A stretch of 64,000 nt of DNA, from assembly GCA_951406725.2 (NCBI GenBank), contig OX597822.1, positions 71,858,001 to 71,922,000 on the forward strand, read 5' to 3'. Shown one piece after another: positions 1 to 12,993 of this stretch (position 1 is the first letter of the stretch; the number at the start of each line of letters is the position of its first letter). The translations under genes and the position numbers were made by a program. Under the pieces are notes generated by a model. It was not told the origin of the DNA. It saw only the letters and a list, made by a program, of their open reading frames with translations, and made no database searches. The DNA is from Octopus vulgaris. Lineage: Eukaryota.

Positions 1-338
1 TCTGCTCGATACCGAGCTCGATATCTTTAAATTTCATTGAGTACAAAGTAGCCATTAGTTATTTTTCAATTATTAAATAATGCTCCGGGAACATAATGGC
101 TTGTTGAATATCTTAAATTATTCTACATAATGTGTTTTCTTTTTTTTCTTCTTGAAGGTAACAAATACTGATATCAGTGTTAGGTTTTTTAACACCAGTA
201 ATAAAGTTAATAGTATTTTATTTTAAATTTAAATTGTAATGTGGTTCTTTGCTCTGTATTTTTTTTTTCTTATTGTTCGTTTACGTGCACTTGCGATATA
301 AATCTAAATACAATTCCATTATTAAAACCCACGCGGAA

Positions 339-750
339 AGCGGAGAGATGGTAGAAGCGTTGGCACGCCAGGTGAAATGCTTAGCGGCATTTCGTCTGTC
401 TTTACGTTCTGAGTTCAAATTCCGCCGAGGTTGATTTTGCCTTTCATCCTTTTGGGGTCGATAAATTAAGTACCAGTTGCATACTGTGGTCGATCTAATC
501 GACCGGCCCCCGCCCCCAAAATTTTGGGCCTTGTGCCTAGAGTAGAAAAGAATCGTTAGCTTGCTGGGCAAAATGCTTAGCGGAATTTCATCCGTCTACA
601 CGTTCTGAATTCAAATTCTGCCGAGGTTGACTTCGCCTTTCATCCTTTCGGGGTCAATAAAGTAAGCACCAGTTAATTGCTGGGGCCGGTCTAATTGGCT
701 AACCCCTCCTCCAAAACTTCTGGCCTTGTGCCAAAATCTGAAATCAATAT
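339..750 (+). mobile_element. Two adjacent degenerate copies of tRNA-derived SINE family A
   Basis: Contain the recurring motif ttacgttctgagttcaaattccgccgagg...tttcatcctttcggggtcgataa seen many times in the window; B-box-like GAGTTCAAATTCC. Confidence 0.8.
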
Positions 751-1068
751 TAAAGCCCTCACCTTTAATAGGCTTCCATGAGAATTTAATATAGGCACAG
801 GCATAGCTGTATGGTTAAGACGTTCGCTAGCAACCATGCGGTTTCAAGTTCAATCCCACAGCGCGGCATTCTAGACAAGTGTCAAAAAACCCTGGCCGAC
901 CAAAGCTTTGTGAGTGAATTTGACGGTAACTTTGTGGAACACTGTCATCTTTGTGTGTGTCTACACCACTTGATAACCGGTGTTGGTTTGTTTATGTCCC
1001 CTGACCGAGAGAATAAAAACCAAACTTTAAAAAAAAAACAACCTTGTGGTCGATTTGTTCGACTAAAC

Positions 1069-1681
1069 CAGTGGTTCACAAGCATTTTTTTTTACCTATG
1101 GACTCCTCTGTCTACTACTTTATTCTGCTGGACCTCCGTAGTCATTCAATGTTTAAAAACCATACTTATTTTGTTTTTTCACACATTAACTTCAATGGGT
1201 TTGCAATACCACTTTCTGAGAGGACATGTTTCAGTTGCCAGAAACATGTTAAACTAAGGTGGCAAGCTGGCAGAAAGGTTAGCACGCCGGGCGAAATGCT
1301 AAGCAGTATTTCGTCTGCCATTACGTTCTGAGTTCAGATTCCACCGAAGTCGACTTTGCCTTTCATACTTTCGGGGTCGATTAAATTAAGTACCAGTTAA
1401 GCACTGGGGTCGATCTAATCGACTTAATCCGTTTGTCCTTGTTTGTCCTCTCTGTGTTTAGCCCCTTGTGGACAATAAAGAAATCAGAAATAAGAAACAT
1501 GTTAATCTATGTAAAGCAATAGAGAAAGAAACCTAGCTCTTTCTTCTAAAGCAAAATATTTTTCCATGGACCCCGTTAAAGTACTACTGTGAATCCCCAA
1601 TTTACTATTTTGCTTATGGGGACCCCTCAAAATCTTATTTGGACCCTCAGGGTCTACGTGGACCCCGGTAGAGTACCATTG
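1069..1681. mobile_element. Non-autonomous hAT (Charlie-like) MITE
   Basis: Starts cagtggttcacaa and ends gagtaccattg (imperfect TIR); exact 8-bp TSD gactaaac at 1061-1068 and 1682-1689. Confidence 0.85.
1253..1492 (+). mobile_element. SINE family A, full length, nested in the hAT MITE
   Basis: Head ggtggcaagctggcagaaaggttagcacgccgggcgaaatgc, tail aataaagaaat; 13-bp TSD agaaacatgttaa at 1240-1252 and 1493-1505. Confidence 0.85.
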
Positions 1682-1941
1682 GACTAAACCTCTCAAGGCG
1701 GTACTCCAGCATAGCCGCAGTCCAATGACTGCAACAAGTAAAAGTGATAAAAGAAATAAGAAACTGTAACCAATGCAAATATCTAAAGAGCGGCATATGC
1801 TTGATAAATTAGAATATGAAAGAAGAGATAATAAATCTCTTGTCAAGATTAGCTTCTGTTTATCTTTTATCGTTAACCTTCATTTGGTTCAGTCAATGGA
1901 CAGTGGCCATTCTGGCGCATCACCTTGAAGGGTTTTGGTCA

Positions 1942-2545
1942 TCTTATAAAATGTGGCCCGAGTAGACCCGAATGAAATCGGGTTATATTAACCAAAATAT
2001 GAAAAGGGGTCTAAATGGGGCTGGAAGGGGATTAAAATTTACAGGAGCGAGTGTTTAGGAATTTTCTTTTACATCAAGTTCAAAATTTTACGCCAGCCGT
2101 TAAACTGCCACTACGTTGCTGTCCATCGTTAAGAAATGCCAGCCATGGTGACTCTACTATCCTCAGATTCTTTGGTTTCCAATATTTTAAAATTTTTATT
2201 CAGCTCGCAAGTTCGTCTGTCCCTTTTAAATGTTAGTGTTTTGCTGTCTGCCTTGAAGCAGACCTTTCCGTTGTCACTGCCTGATATTTATGATTGATCT
2301 TTCAAAATATTTTGTTTCTCAACTTACTCAAGATCTTTTGTTGTTTATAAAGGGGAGAGAGAGAGATAGAGAAAGATAGAGAGTAAGAGAAAGCGAGGGA
2401 GAGTCCTATAGAAAGGAAGAGTAAGAGAGTGGGAAAGTGAGAGAGAAACAAAGAGGGAGAATGTGGTGATAAAAAACAGAAAGGAAGCAACAGAAAGTAA
2501 CAACCACACTCTTACCCGCGCGTAGAGCGGGTCACCTTAAGCTAG
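1942..2545 (+). mobile_element. Putative non-autonomous Helitron
   Basis: 3' GC hairpin acccgc-gcgtaga-gcgggt (~2515-2533) followed shortly by CTAG|T (2542-2546); candidate A|TC 5' end at 1941/1942. The 5' boundary is uncertain. Confidence 0.45.
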
Positions 2546-2968
2546 TCTGTAGTATAATACGACTGCTAAGTGACAGAACCGCCTGTGTACGGAGTAGCTG
2601 TGCAACAACAGGTATCTTTACAAATGTTGGTCATGTAAAGATGATGTTAGTACAAATGTTTTGTTCTTATTCGCTATATCCTTAGAAATTAAAATAAACG
2701 AAATAACAAATCCATTTCTATACCATGATTTTTCATACACACGTCGCCTAGAAGGGAACCTGATTCTTCTTCTTCTTCTTCTTTATCAGAACTTTATTGC
2801 TATCATAACAACAGCTAACAACAATACGATAATGGTGGTTCTTATGACTGAAATGTTCTAAATAGTTACAGTCAGCCGGGAGTATAAATAACCATTTACC
2901 TATACTTCATATAAAGTCACAAACTGTTTAGTCAAGTGAAATTTATAATTATTTTATACCTATACCAA

Positions 2969-4256
2969 TATGTAACCATCAGCACAAAGAAGAAAATATG
3001 TGGCTAGTTTCAAATTGTAAGTTATAGAAGTAGCCAAGTGTTCGAACAATTGCGCTGCTGCTGGAGCATTCAATGTTACCGAGATGGTACGAGAGTGGAG
3101 AAAGAATGAGGGAAAATTAAGACAAATACCCAAATAAAAATGTGCAATGAGAAGAAAAAACACTCGTTGGCCAAAGTTAGAAAATGATGTAGCAGAATGG
3201 GTGCTCCGGCAGAGACAAGATAGCTACATTGTAACACGAAATAGAATAAGATCTAATGCCGTAAAATGGGCTAGATCACATAAAGAAGAAAGTAAAGATT
3301 TTAAAGCAACAGTGGACTTGTGCAATCGTTTTATGAACCGGAAAAATCTGGTAATAAGAGAGAAAATAAAAATCGCCCAAGAGCTTCAGAGAGATCTCGA
3401 TCACAAAGTAACCAGTTTTCATCAGTTCATCATCCAGCTGAGAAAACGTCATTGGAAATACGGATGAATCACCATTAAACTTTGAGATGCTGGGTAACAA
3501 AACGTAAGATTTGAAAGGAGTAAGAAAACAGTGCTCGGTAAAAGCACAGGATATGAGAAAACAAGGTTTATGGTTGTATTATCCTCCATGGATGACAGTA
3601 CAAAATTAAAACCCACGGTTATTTTTAAACGTAAGACAAAACCCAAAATAGATTTTCCTCTTGACATTTTTGTTCATTTTCACGAGAAAGGGGAGATGGA
3701 CAAGAGTGGTGTGAAATTATGGATTGAAAATATTTGGAACAGGCGGCCAGGTGGCATATGAAACGAATGCAGTTTATTGGTTTGGGATATGTTTCGTAAC
3801 CATGTAATGGCAAATACTAAAACCCGGTTATGTAAAACCAATACTGATATTGCTGTTGCTCCTGATGGTTAGACGTCTATACTGCAGCCACTTGATGTCA
3901 GTTTAAACTAACCATTTAAAGATAATGTGAGAGAGCAATGGAATAACTGGATGATGAATGGAGAAAATTATCTTGGTGCTGCCTCACTTGATATTCTCCG
4001 CGATTTTGTTATAAAGGCATGGGACACATTTAAAGTAGAAAATGTGATAAAATCATTTTTAAAATGCGGTATCTCTAATGCCATGGATGGTACCGAAGAT
4101 GATATTTTGTACAATAGCGATAACGAAGTCGAAGTCGATTGACCAGAAATAGACAGGAATCCTTACGCTGATGGCATATGTGACGAATCTTCTGATATGT
4201 ATGAGAAACTTTTAGAAACAGATGGTGATGGTTGTGAGGAGTTTGATGGGTTTTAG
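2969..4256 (+). pseudogene. Decayed pogo-superfamily transposase (POGK-like, DD35D)
   Basis: Fragments RWPKLENDVAEWV (CENP-B-type HTH), STGYEKTRFMVVLS, KLKPTVIFK, LLVWDMFRNH...ILQPLDVS; 35 residues counted between the WD and LD aspartates; acidic C-terminus; several stops and frameshifts. Confidence 0.9.
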
Positions 4257-4801
4257 ATAACTATATGTGGCAGGCTTGATTTTTTTTCTATTATTACTTA
4301 TTTTGATAGGAAATAAAAAAAATTATAATGTCTTATGTTTTAAATTCAACTGCTGTAAAATAATTTTATTGAAAAATAAAGGTTGTGTGTAATCCAAATT
4401 ATGTTATTTACCACCAAATAATAATAGATACTTATGAAAAATATAAATATGTTATTCTAAATGTTATTACTACAATTATACATCACCATTAAAATTTTTG
4501 AAAGGTTAACGAAATATAAAGGTTACTGCGAGCGCAACCATGACTCGATGTTTAAATTTGCTCAGCCAAGCTCGCATAGATAAAAGTTGATTTCAAAAAT
4601 ATAGAATTATCTCTCAAACAGGCTATTTATTATGAAGATATGCCAATAATATATAAAGTAAAAATCTTTTTATTAACTATATTACAATTTTTTTAAAATT
4701 TTGTTAATCTGTTCATGTATGTCTGTAGTTATCGCACCGAGGTCGAGGTAAGCTTATTTATAAAATCACTTAAAATTTAAATTCTAATGTTTAGAATGGT
4801 G

Positions 4802-4875
4802 GTATAAGACGACCCCAAACTTTTAGGGTAAATCTTATGATTTAAAGGTCGTCTTATACGCGGAAATATACGGTA
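4802..4875 (+). mobile_element. 3' terminal inverted repeat region of the pogo element
   Basis: ggtcgtcttatacgcggaaatatacgg|TA at 4847-4875 with an inverted sub-terminal copy gtataagacgacc at 4802-4814. The matching 5' TIR was not found. Confidence 0.75.
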
Positions 4876-4882
4876 TGTATAT

Positions 4883-5175
4883 GTTTGTTGTTGTTTGTTC
4901 CTTCTCGAGTAACGGTTTCCCGGTTTCCTTGGCGTATAGGTTCCCCATATGGACGGGACGCCGGTCTGCGGCAGGTGAGCTGCAAGATGCAGGAGGAAAG
5001 AGTGAGAGAAAGTTATGGCGAAAGAGTCAGCAGAAGTTCGCCATTACCTTCTGCCAGAGCCGCGTTGAGCTAAGGTGTTTCGCTCATAAACACACACACC
5101 GCCCGTTCTGAGATTCGAACCAGCGATCCTTCGATTGCGTGTCCGCTGCTCTAACCACTAGGCCATGTGCCACCA
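4883..5175 (-). mobile_element. tRNA-derived SINE (a family distinct from A and B)
   Basis: Minus-strand head gtggtggcacatggcctagtggttagagcagcggac...ggttcgaatctc (A and B boxes); flanked by tacggta(ta)tgtatat repeats at ~4869-4882 and ~5176-5191; related head at 52365-52445. Confidence 0.75.
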
Positions 5176-5204
5176 CTACGGTATATGTATATTTAATTGG
5201 CAGT

Positions 5205-5389
5205 AAATCGGTTACGACGACGAGGGTTCCGGTTGATCCGATTAACGGAACAGCCTGTTTGTGAAATTAACATACAAGTGGCTGAGAACTCCACAGACAT
5301 GCGTACCTTTAATGCAATTCTCAGGGAGATTTAGCATGACACAGAGTGTGACAAGGCTAGCTCTTTGAATTACAGGTGCTACTCTCATT

Positions 5390-5390
<1 letters not shown>
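5205..5390 (-). mobile_element. 3' part of SINE family C
   Basis: Reverse complement of the ccttgtcaca...gttaatttcacgagcaggctgttccgttgatcgg...cctcgtcgtaaccga tail also at 21040-21205 and 61440-61565. Confidence 0.75.
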
Positions 5391-5391
<1 letters not shown>

Positions 5392-5421
<30 letters not shown>

Positions 5422-5686
5422 CATACATACATACATACACACACATTCATACATACATACATACATACGTTCATACATGCATACGTACATTCATACATAT
5501 ATACGTACATACATACATGCATACATTCATCCATATATACATACATACATACATTCATACATATATACATACATACATACATTCATCCATATATACATAC
5601 ATACATTCATACATACATACATACATGCATACATACATACATACATACATACATACATACGTACGTACGTACATTCATACATACAT
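5392..5686. repeat. (TACA)n microsatellite with variants
   Basis: Directly visible; similar tracts at 13860-14003, 15385-15520, 19120-19200 and 29568-29632. Confidence 0.95.
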
Positions 5687-5878
5687 CTTTTACGTATTTC
5701 AGTCTGTAGACTGCGGACAAGCTGGAGGACCGCATTGGAGCGTTATAATCGAATGAATCGACGCCACTACTTACTCCGATTTGAACCAGGTACTTATTTT
5801 ATCCGGACTGCTGATTACGGGGATGTAAATAAACCAACACCGGTTACCAAGAGGTGGTAGGAGACAAATACAAACACG

Positions 5879-5941
<63 letters not shown>

Positions 5942-5946
5942 GCACA

Positions 5947-6158
5947 TGTGGGTTTACTGAAAAGTTCTTGGCTTTGGGTAAAAGAAAATACAGGAGGATC
6001 ATTTAATTATAGTTTTGTTCAACATATTCCCCTCTGAAATTCACACACTTAATGCAGCCGTCCTTCAGTTTTTCTTAGTCCTGTAAAAGAGCTTGGAACT
6101 CTAACCAGCCCTTTCGCGATATCCTTAAAGCCAGAAACTTTTCAGCACCTCACACCTC

Positions 6159-6161
<3 letters not shown>
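5947..6161. mobile_element. Mariner-type MITE (~215 bp)
   Basis: Imperfect TIRs ctgaaaagttcttggcttt / aaagccagaaacttttcag; related copies at 23393-24290 (split by insertions) and ~26215-26430. Confidence 0.7.
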
Positions 6162-6227
<66 letters not shown>

Positions 6228-7038
6228 AGACAAGCTTCTTTCAGTTTCCATCAACCAAGTCCATTCAGAAGGTTGGCCTGGATCTATAGCAGAAGCCAGT
6301 TGCTGCACAATGGGACTGAAACTGAAAATCTGTGGTTGAGAAGCAGACTTCTTACCACACAGCCACTCTTGCACGGGCTTCCACACAGCTTCCGTCTACC
6401 AAATTCATCATATTCCTTCACAAGGCATTGGGCAGCCCGGACACTTCTCCAAGGAGTCACGCAGTGAAACCGAACTCGATACCCCGTGGTTGAAAAGCGA
6501 GCTTCTTAACCACACGTCCATGTCTGTGGTTTTTCTTTTATTTGCTTCAGTCATTTGACTGCGGCCATGCTGGAGCAGCGCCTTTTGGTCGAACAAATCG
6601 ACCCCCAAGCCTTATTCTTTGTAAGCCTAGTACTTATTCCATCGGTCTCTTTTGCCGAACCGCTAGATTACGAGGAGGTAAACACACCAACATCGGTTGT
6701 CAAGCGATGGTGTGGGGAGACAAACACACAGACACACACACGCATAAATTTATATGAATAAGGATAAGATCGTTATTTAAAATACCGATCATATCAAGTG
6801 GCCATCATGGGAATAAAATCCTTATAGGTAATAATTATTATTAAAATTATAATTAAGAGTATCTTGTATGAATACCTGATGTGGTTTTAGAGTCAAGTTT
6901 TGACTAATATCTCTAGCATGGTGGTATCTTTTAGATACCCTTAATTATAATTTTAATATATATGTATATTTGTCATTGCCTTTATTCGCCAAAAATACAC
7001 ACACACACACACACACGCACAAACACACTTGTCATCTT

Positions 7039-7071
<33 letters not shown>

Positions 7072-7144
7072 CATTCCTTTTTTTGGAACTCTCTTGCATT
7101 ATAAAACCATATTTCAACTACCTTCAAATTCTGTTCTTTCAACA

Positions 7145-7368
7145 TGTGATCTCTTAAGCACCACCAGCTCAAATATTTTCTCCTCTGTCTTCCCTCCTTG
7201 GGATCTTTCCTTCTCCTTGTTTCCGACGAAGAGCTCCGCTCGAAACGTTAAACCCTCCTTCCCTTCTTTCCTGAGCGTCAATAATACTTTAATTGTTCCA
7301 CGTCCTGCGTTGCTGTGTTTTTATCTCTTTTTTTCTCTTTTTTTCTGTGTTTTCTTGTTTGGATTAAC

Positions 7369-7451
<83 letters not shown>

Positions 7452-7642
7452 AAACATGAAGACACAAACAGAAAACACAACAACGCGAGGACGTGGAACG
7501 AGTATAGTATTATCGGACGCTCAAGAAAGAAGGAAAGGAGGGTTTAACGTTTCGAGCGGAGCTCTTCGTCAGAAACATAGGAAAAGGAAAGATCCAAAGA
7601 AGGGAAGACGGAGGAAAAAAATCGCGGTCATATATACATACT

Positions 7643-7726
<84 letters not shown>

Positions 7727-7949
7727 TAGATAGATAGATAGATAGATCTCTTGAGCACCACCAGCTCAAATATTTTTTCCTCTGTCTTCCCTTCTTGGGA
7801 TCTTTCCTTCTCTTTGTTTCCGACGAAGAGCTCCGCTCGAAACGTTAAACCCTCCTTCCCTTCTTTCCTGAGCGTCAATAATACTTTAATTGTTCCACTG
7901 CGTTGCTGTGTTTTTTTTTCTCTTTTTTTCTGTGTTTTCTTGTTTGGAT

Positions 7950-7955
<6 letters not shown>
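7145..7955. repeat. Three ~200-bp Penelope-pLTR-like units (+,-,+) separated by (TA)n, each with a minimal hammerhead motif
   Basis: 7149-7368 and 7746-7953 are near-identical; 7450-7625 is a reverse-complement relative. Motif gttt-C(C/T)GACGA-A-gagc-tcc-gctc-GAAAC-GTT-aaac at 7219-7253 (+), 7542-7576 (-) and 7816-7850 (+). Confidence 0.7.
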
Positions 7956-7984
<29 letters not shown>

Positions 7985-9895
7985 TACGGGCTCCTTTTAG
8001 TTTCCGTCTGCCAAATCCACTGACACAAGGCTTTGGTCGGCCCGAAGCTATAGCAGAAAACACTTGCCCAAGGTACCACGCAGTGGTACTGAACCTGGAA
8101 CCATGTGGTTGGGAAGCAAGCTACTAACCATACAGTCACGCCTGCGCCTAAATGAGTGTCTGATTAAAATAATCTGATTTTGTTTTTGTTTTTTTTAACG
8201 CCATTCGATGAAAGGAGACGTCGAGGTACAAGAGGTTAAGAGTCTCTGACCCGAATCTCCTAAATGATAAGAAATAGAGTAAGTTTGGCTGCTTAGAGTT
8301 CAACTCGGTGAAAGATGGATGTCAGGCACTAAGCTGACTTGCTCTAAATATGATACGGAAAGATAAATTCTTTAGCGGTACGTTACTTGTACACAAACCA
8401 AAGCAGAAGCATATATACGGCTCTTTGAGCAGCGAGAAATAGCAGCGAAAATCCTCGTTTGAATCACGACATAAGCCTTTACGCGGATTCGCCTCTTTAT
8501 TTCTTGTAGAGAGATTGCTTTTGATGTTTAACTCATTTCATACCTAAACAAAACCGTTCGTTCTCTAATGTATCATTTAGAGGCGGTCTTTTGGCTGCAA
8601 TTTCTAGCAGCCAAAAGCAATCTTTCTACTAGAAATAACAAGCAAATCAACATTAAATAATATGTGGTTAAGAAGGTCCCATTGCAACTCCATGGTTTCA
8701 CAGCCCCTTCAACATGTATCTTCTACTATAGCCCTTGGCCAACCAAAGCCTTGTGAGTGGATTTCATTAGGAGGAAATTGTGTAGAAGCCTGTGGTGTAT
8801 GTGTATATATATATATAGTAGTGGTACAACAATGCACCAATGTTTACTGGAAATAGAAGTCGATATATATATATATATATAATCATACACACACGCGGTG
8901 GGGGGTTGTGTGTTTGTGACAGTGCTTGTCTCACCACTGCCACCGCTTAACAACCGATGCTGGTTAGTTTGTGTTCCCATAACTTAACAGTTCGGCAAAA
9001 GAAACCAACAGAATGAGTACCTAATTTTAGAGAAAAAAAAAAAATTTTTTTAAAGATGTACTGAAGTCGATTTGTTTCACTAAAATTCCTTCAAACTGGT
9101 TCTCCATCATGACCGCAGTCCAATGACTAATGATAATAATTTTTTTAAAAAAAAGGAAAGAAAAAATAAGATAAAAATCTCGGCCTTCTTAATCAGATTT
9201 TGCCAGAGGGTGGAATATGGAGCTCAACTACAGCAGCTATTATCACGACTAACAACACACAAGCCTAGAGCAGTTATCGAAACCGGGTCATATTTTTGGC
9301 ACGCTGGGAATATATTTTCCTTACACTACGGTGCATGTTACCCCTTCTAGACGATTCTGGTGTCCATAGCAACAGTGGAAATTTAACTAGATTCATTGTA
9401 GTTCAAAAGAAGTTATAATAGCTTCCTGTCTGCGTCTTGGGATTAAGACTTCAAATGAAGATATTGGAAATGTAGCGATTATAGTCTTTGCGTATGTAGC
9501 TCATGTGGTACAGTACTGTGTGCGTATGTAAAGATGTGTTGTATAAATGTGTTTAGGTTTTTGTATGTGTATGTGTATGCGTATGCATATACACACAGAG
9601 GCACACACGCAAGATCATACTGGATTCTGCGAATCTTTGCAGGTATATGTAGACACGCAAATATACTTGTATATGATGTTATTACCCCATAGCTGATATT
9701 GGGTATATGTCCGTGTGTTCATATGTGTGTGCGCGTGTGTGTGTGTGTATACCCAATATATATACATGTATATATATGTGTGTGCGTGTGTGTGTGTATG
9801 TATATATACATACACATATATATAACGTGTGTGTATATATATGTATACAGTATGTAGATGCTTGTATATATATTCACACACATACGTATGTGTGC

Positions 9896-9940
<45 letters not shown>

Positions 9941-10039
9941 TGAATATGTATATGTATGTGTCTATATTTTTCAGAATGTATATGTATATGTGTGTGTTTA
10001 TTGTACGTGTGTATATGTATGTATATGTTTGTGCATACA

Positions 10040-10545
10040 CTCACATACACACACACACTCGCACACACACATACGCACACACACACACACATACATCTGT
10101 AAGTACACTCACACACACACACATACACATGCACGCATACACACACATACGCACACACACACAAACATACATCTGTAAGTACACATTCACAGACACACAC
10201 ACACACACACACACAAACATACATCTGTAAGTACGCACACAAACATACTTCTGTAAGTATATACACATTCATACACACACGCACACACACACAAACATAC
10301 ATCTCTAAGTACACATTCACAGACACACACACACACACACACACACATCTGTAAGTACACACACATTCACACACACTCACACGCGCGCACACGCACACAT
10401 GCACACAAACATACATCTGTAAGTATATACACATTCATACACACACGCGCACACACACACACGCACACACACACACACACACGCACACAAACATACATCT
10501 GTAAGTATATACACATTCATACACACACACACACACACACACGCA
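10040..10545. repeat. Compound minisatellite (acatacatctgtaagta + (CA)n units)
   Basis: catct(g/c)taagta-type core recurs about 8 times, separated by variable (CA)n. Confidence 0.85.
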
Positions 10546-11012
10546 CGCACACGCGCGCGCGTACAGATAATATAGACAGGCTTACGTTAATGGGATAAAC
10601 AATAACTGCTTATAATTACAACTACGTGTCTTAAACAATGACGCGCAGGAGTAGATTTAATTAAAATAACAACAACAACAACAACAACAACATTCACCCT
10701 TCCCCGCCATCCACGCCCTGCACTCCGACAACCCATCTACGTAATGAGTTTTTGCTTGAACAACTTGAAAAAAAAAACAACAACAACAACAACAAATATT
10801 CAAACAAACACACAAAAATGCAATCTAATTCCTTAATCAAGCGGAATGGAACTGAAATTTTAAGAGAGGAGTTGGTTTCTGATTAGTTAAGGTAAGGTAG
10901 GGGGTATTCTCATTGTTTAATTTTAATACCATTCTGCCGAGGGCAAAGCTGGACTATGGCCATCATGAAATCTTAAGTACGTCACAAAAATAGTGCAGCT
11001 GACGATCGTTAC

Positions 11013-11412
11013 TTCTTTCTTTATTGCCCAAAAGGGGCTAAACATAGAGGGGACAGACAAGGACAGACAAACGGGTTAAGTCGATTATATCGACCCCCAG
11101 TGCGTAACTGGTACTTATTTAATCGACACCCGAAAGGATGAAAGGCTAAGTCGACCTCGACGGAATTTGAACTCAGAACGTAGCGGCAGACGAAATACCT
11201 ATTTCTTTATTACCCACAAGGGGCTAAACACAGAGAGAACAAACAAGGACAGACAAACGGGTTAAGTCGATTATATCGACCTCCAGTGCGTAACTGGTAC
11301 TTATTTAATCGACCCCCGAAAGGATGAAAGGCAAAGTTGATCCTCGACGGAATTTGAACTCAGAACGTAGCGGCAGACGAAATACCTATTTCTTTACTAC
11401 CCACAAGGGGCT

Positions 11413-11416
<4 letters not shown>
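11013..11416 (-). mobile_element. Head-to-tail tandem array of 5'-truncated SINE A units (~187-bp period)
   Basis: Junction cagacgaaatacc|tatttcttta at ~11198 and ~11385. Confidence 0.85.
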
Positions 11417-11480
<64 letters not shown>

Positions 11481-12100
11481 GCGCGCGCACACATATATAC
11501 TGATGTTTTGCAAATGAGTAAAAGAAATTAGTTGCTTCAAGGTTACATCATAAAAAGCGCCTCCCTTTTTTTTTAAATGCACACATGTGGTGGAACCTAA
11601 TTTATTTGAATATGTATTAAATTACGCAAATTTTGTAGAAAAATATCCACAGTGATAATTCCTTAATCCCATAACTTTTTCCTAAAAGCACTGAGATCTT
11701 CGAGTTTTCCTTGATTTTCATAACCTGTAATTTCAAGAAAAGCGCCCGGTCGATTAGTTTACCGAACTCTTACATGACACCTACGTGACTTTACAGTCTT
11801 TTACACCCGGTTAATTGTTTCGAAATGCGATTCTTTGTCGAGTTCCACTCTATCTCTTTCTCATTTGTTAGTCAGCCTCTCCGAGCAGTGTAATATTTCT
11901 TAATACAAATTCACTGGCTTTTTAATTCTCCTTCTGTCACTCTCCCACTCTATATCGCTTGATAGTCAGCTGCTTTCATACGGCCATGTTAGCAGACAAA
12001 AAATAGCACGTGACTTGGCCTTCTATAGAGGAGGGATAACAAGAGCAGCACACACAAAAAAGTAAATTTTCAATACATTTTTAAATTATTTTTTTAAACT

Positions 12101-12260
12101 AGGAGTGGCTGTGTGGTAAGTAGCTTGTTTACCAACCACATGGTTCCGGGTTCAGTCCCACTGCGTGGCATTTGGGGCAAGTGTCTTCTACTATAGCCTC
12201 GGGCCAACCAAAACCTTGTAAGTGGATTTGGTAGACGGAAACTGAAAGAAGCCCGTCGTA

Positions 12261-12324
<64 letters not shown>

Positions 12325-12546
12325 TGTGTGTGTTTGTGTGTCTGTGTTTGTCCTCCTAGCATTGCTTGACAACCGATGCTGGGGTGTTTATGTCCCCGTT
12401 ACTTAGCAGTTCGGCAAAAGAGACCGATACAATAAGTACTGGGCTTACAAAAGAATAAGTCCCAGGATCGAGTTGCTCGATTAAAGGCGGTGCTCCAGCA
12501 TGGCCGCAGTCAAATGACCGAAACAAGTAAAAGAGTAAAGAGAGAG
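12101..12546 (+). mobile_element. SINE family B, near full length, internal (TA)n(TG)n
   Basis: aggagtggctgtgtggtaagtagcttg...gggttcagtcccactgcgtggc...; tail ggcggtgctccagcatggccgcagtcaaatgac...(agtaaaag)n. Confidence 0.9.
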
Positions 12547-12815
12547 TATAATTTTATATTTGCACTATGTAAAATCACTCTGTGATTTCTATTCCTTGGT
12601 TCCCTTCAAATATAATTATTTTGATTAATGGTTGCTCCGGCTTCGTGTGAGTGTTATTTACATCGTTCCCATCCACCATCTCTCCTATATAGTCAACTGC
12701 TTGCGTCACTGTTGCTCGTGGTAGTGATGATGTTGGTCTTAGCGTCACATCAATCCTGGTTGAGCAGACCAATGTTCAAAGATGTACTATCCGAGGACTG
12801 TTTCTCTCTCTCTCT

Positions 12816-12863
<48 letters not shown>

Positions 12864-12993
12864 GTACTCATATATGCATGCATATATAAATATACATGTA
12901 GGTATATATATATATGTATGTACATATATGCATATATTTATATATTATTTGTATTATATATATATATATATATATTTATATATGTATGTATAT

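Larger units (their letters stand above)
792..1760 (+). mobile_element. SINE family B copy split by a hAT MITE
   Basis: Head aggcacaggcatagctgtatggttaag at ~793; body stops at 1068 and resumes at 1690 with the family tail aggcggtactccagcatagccgcagtccaatgactgcaacaagtaaaa. Confidence 0.8.
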
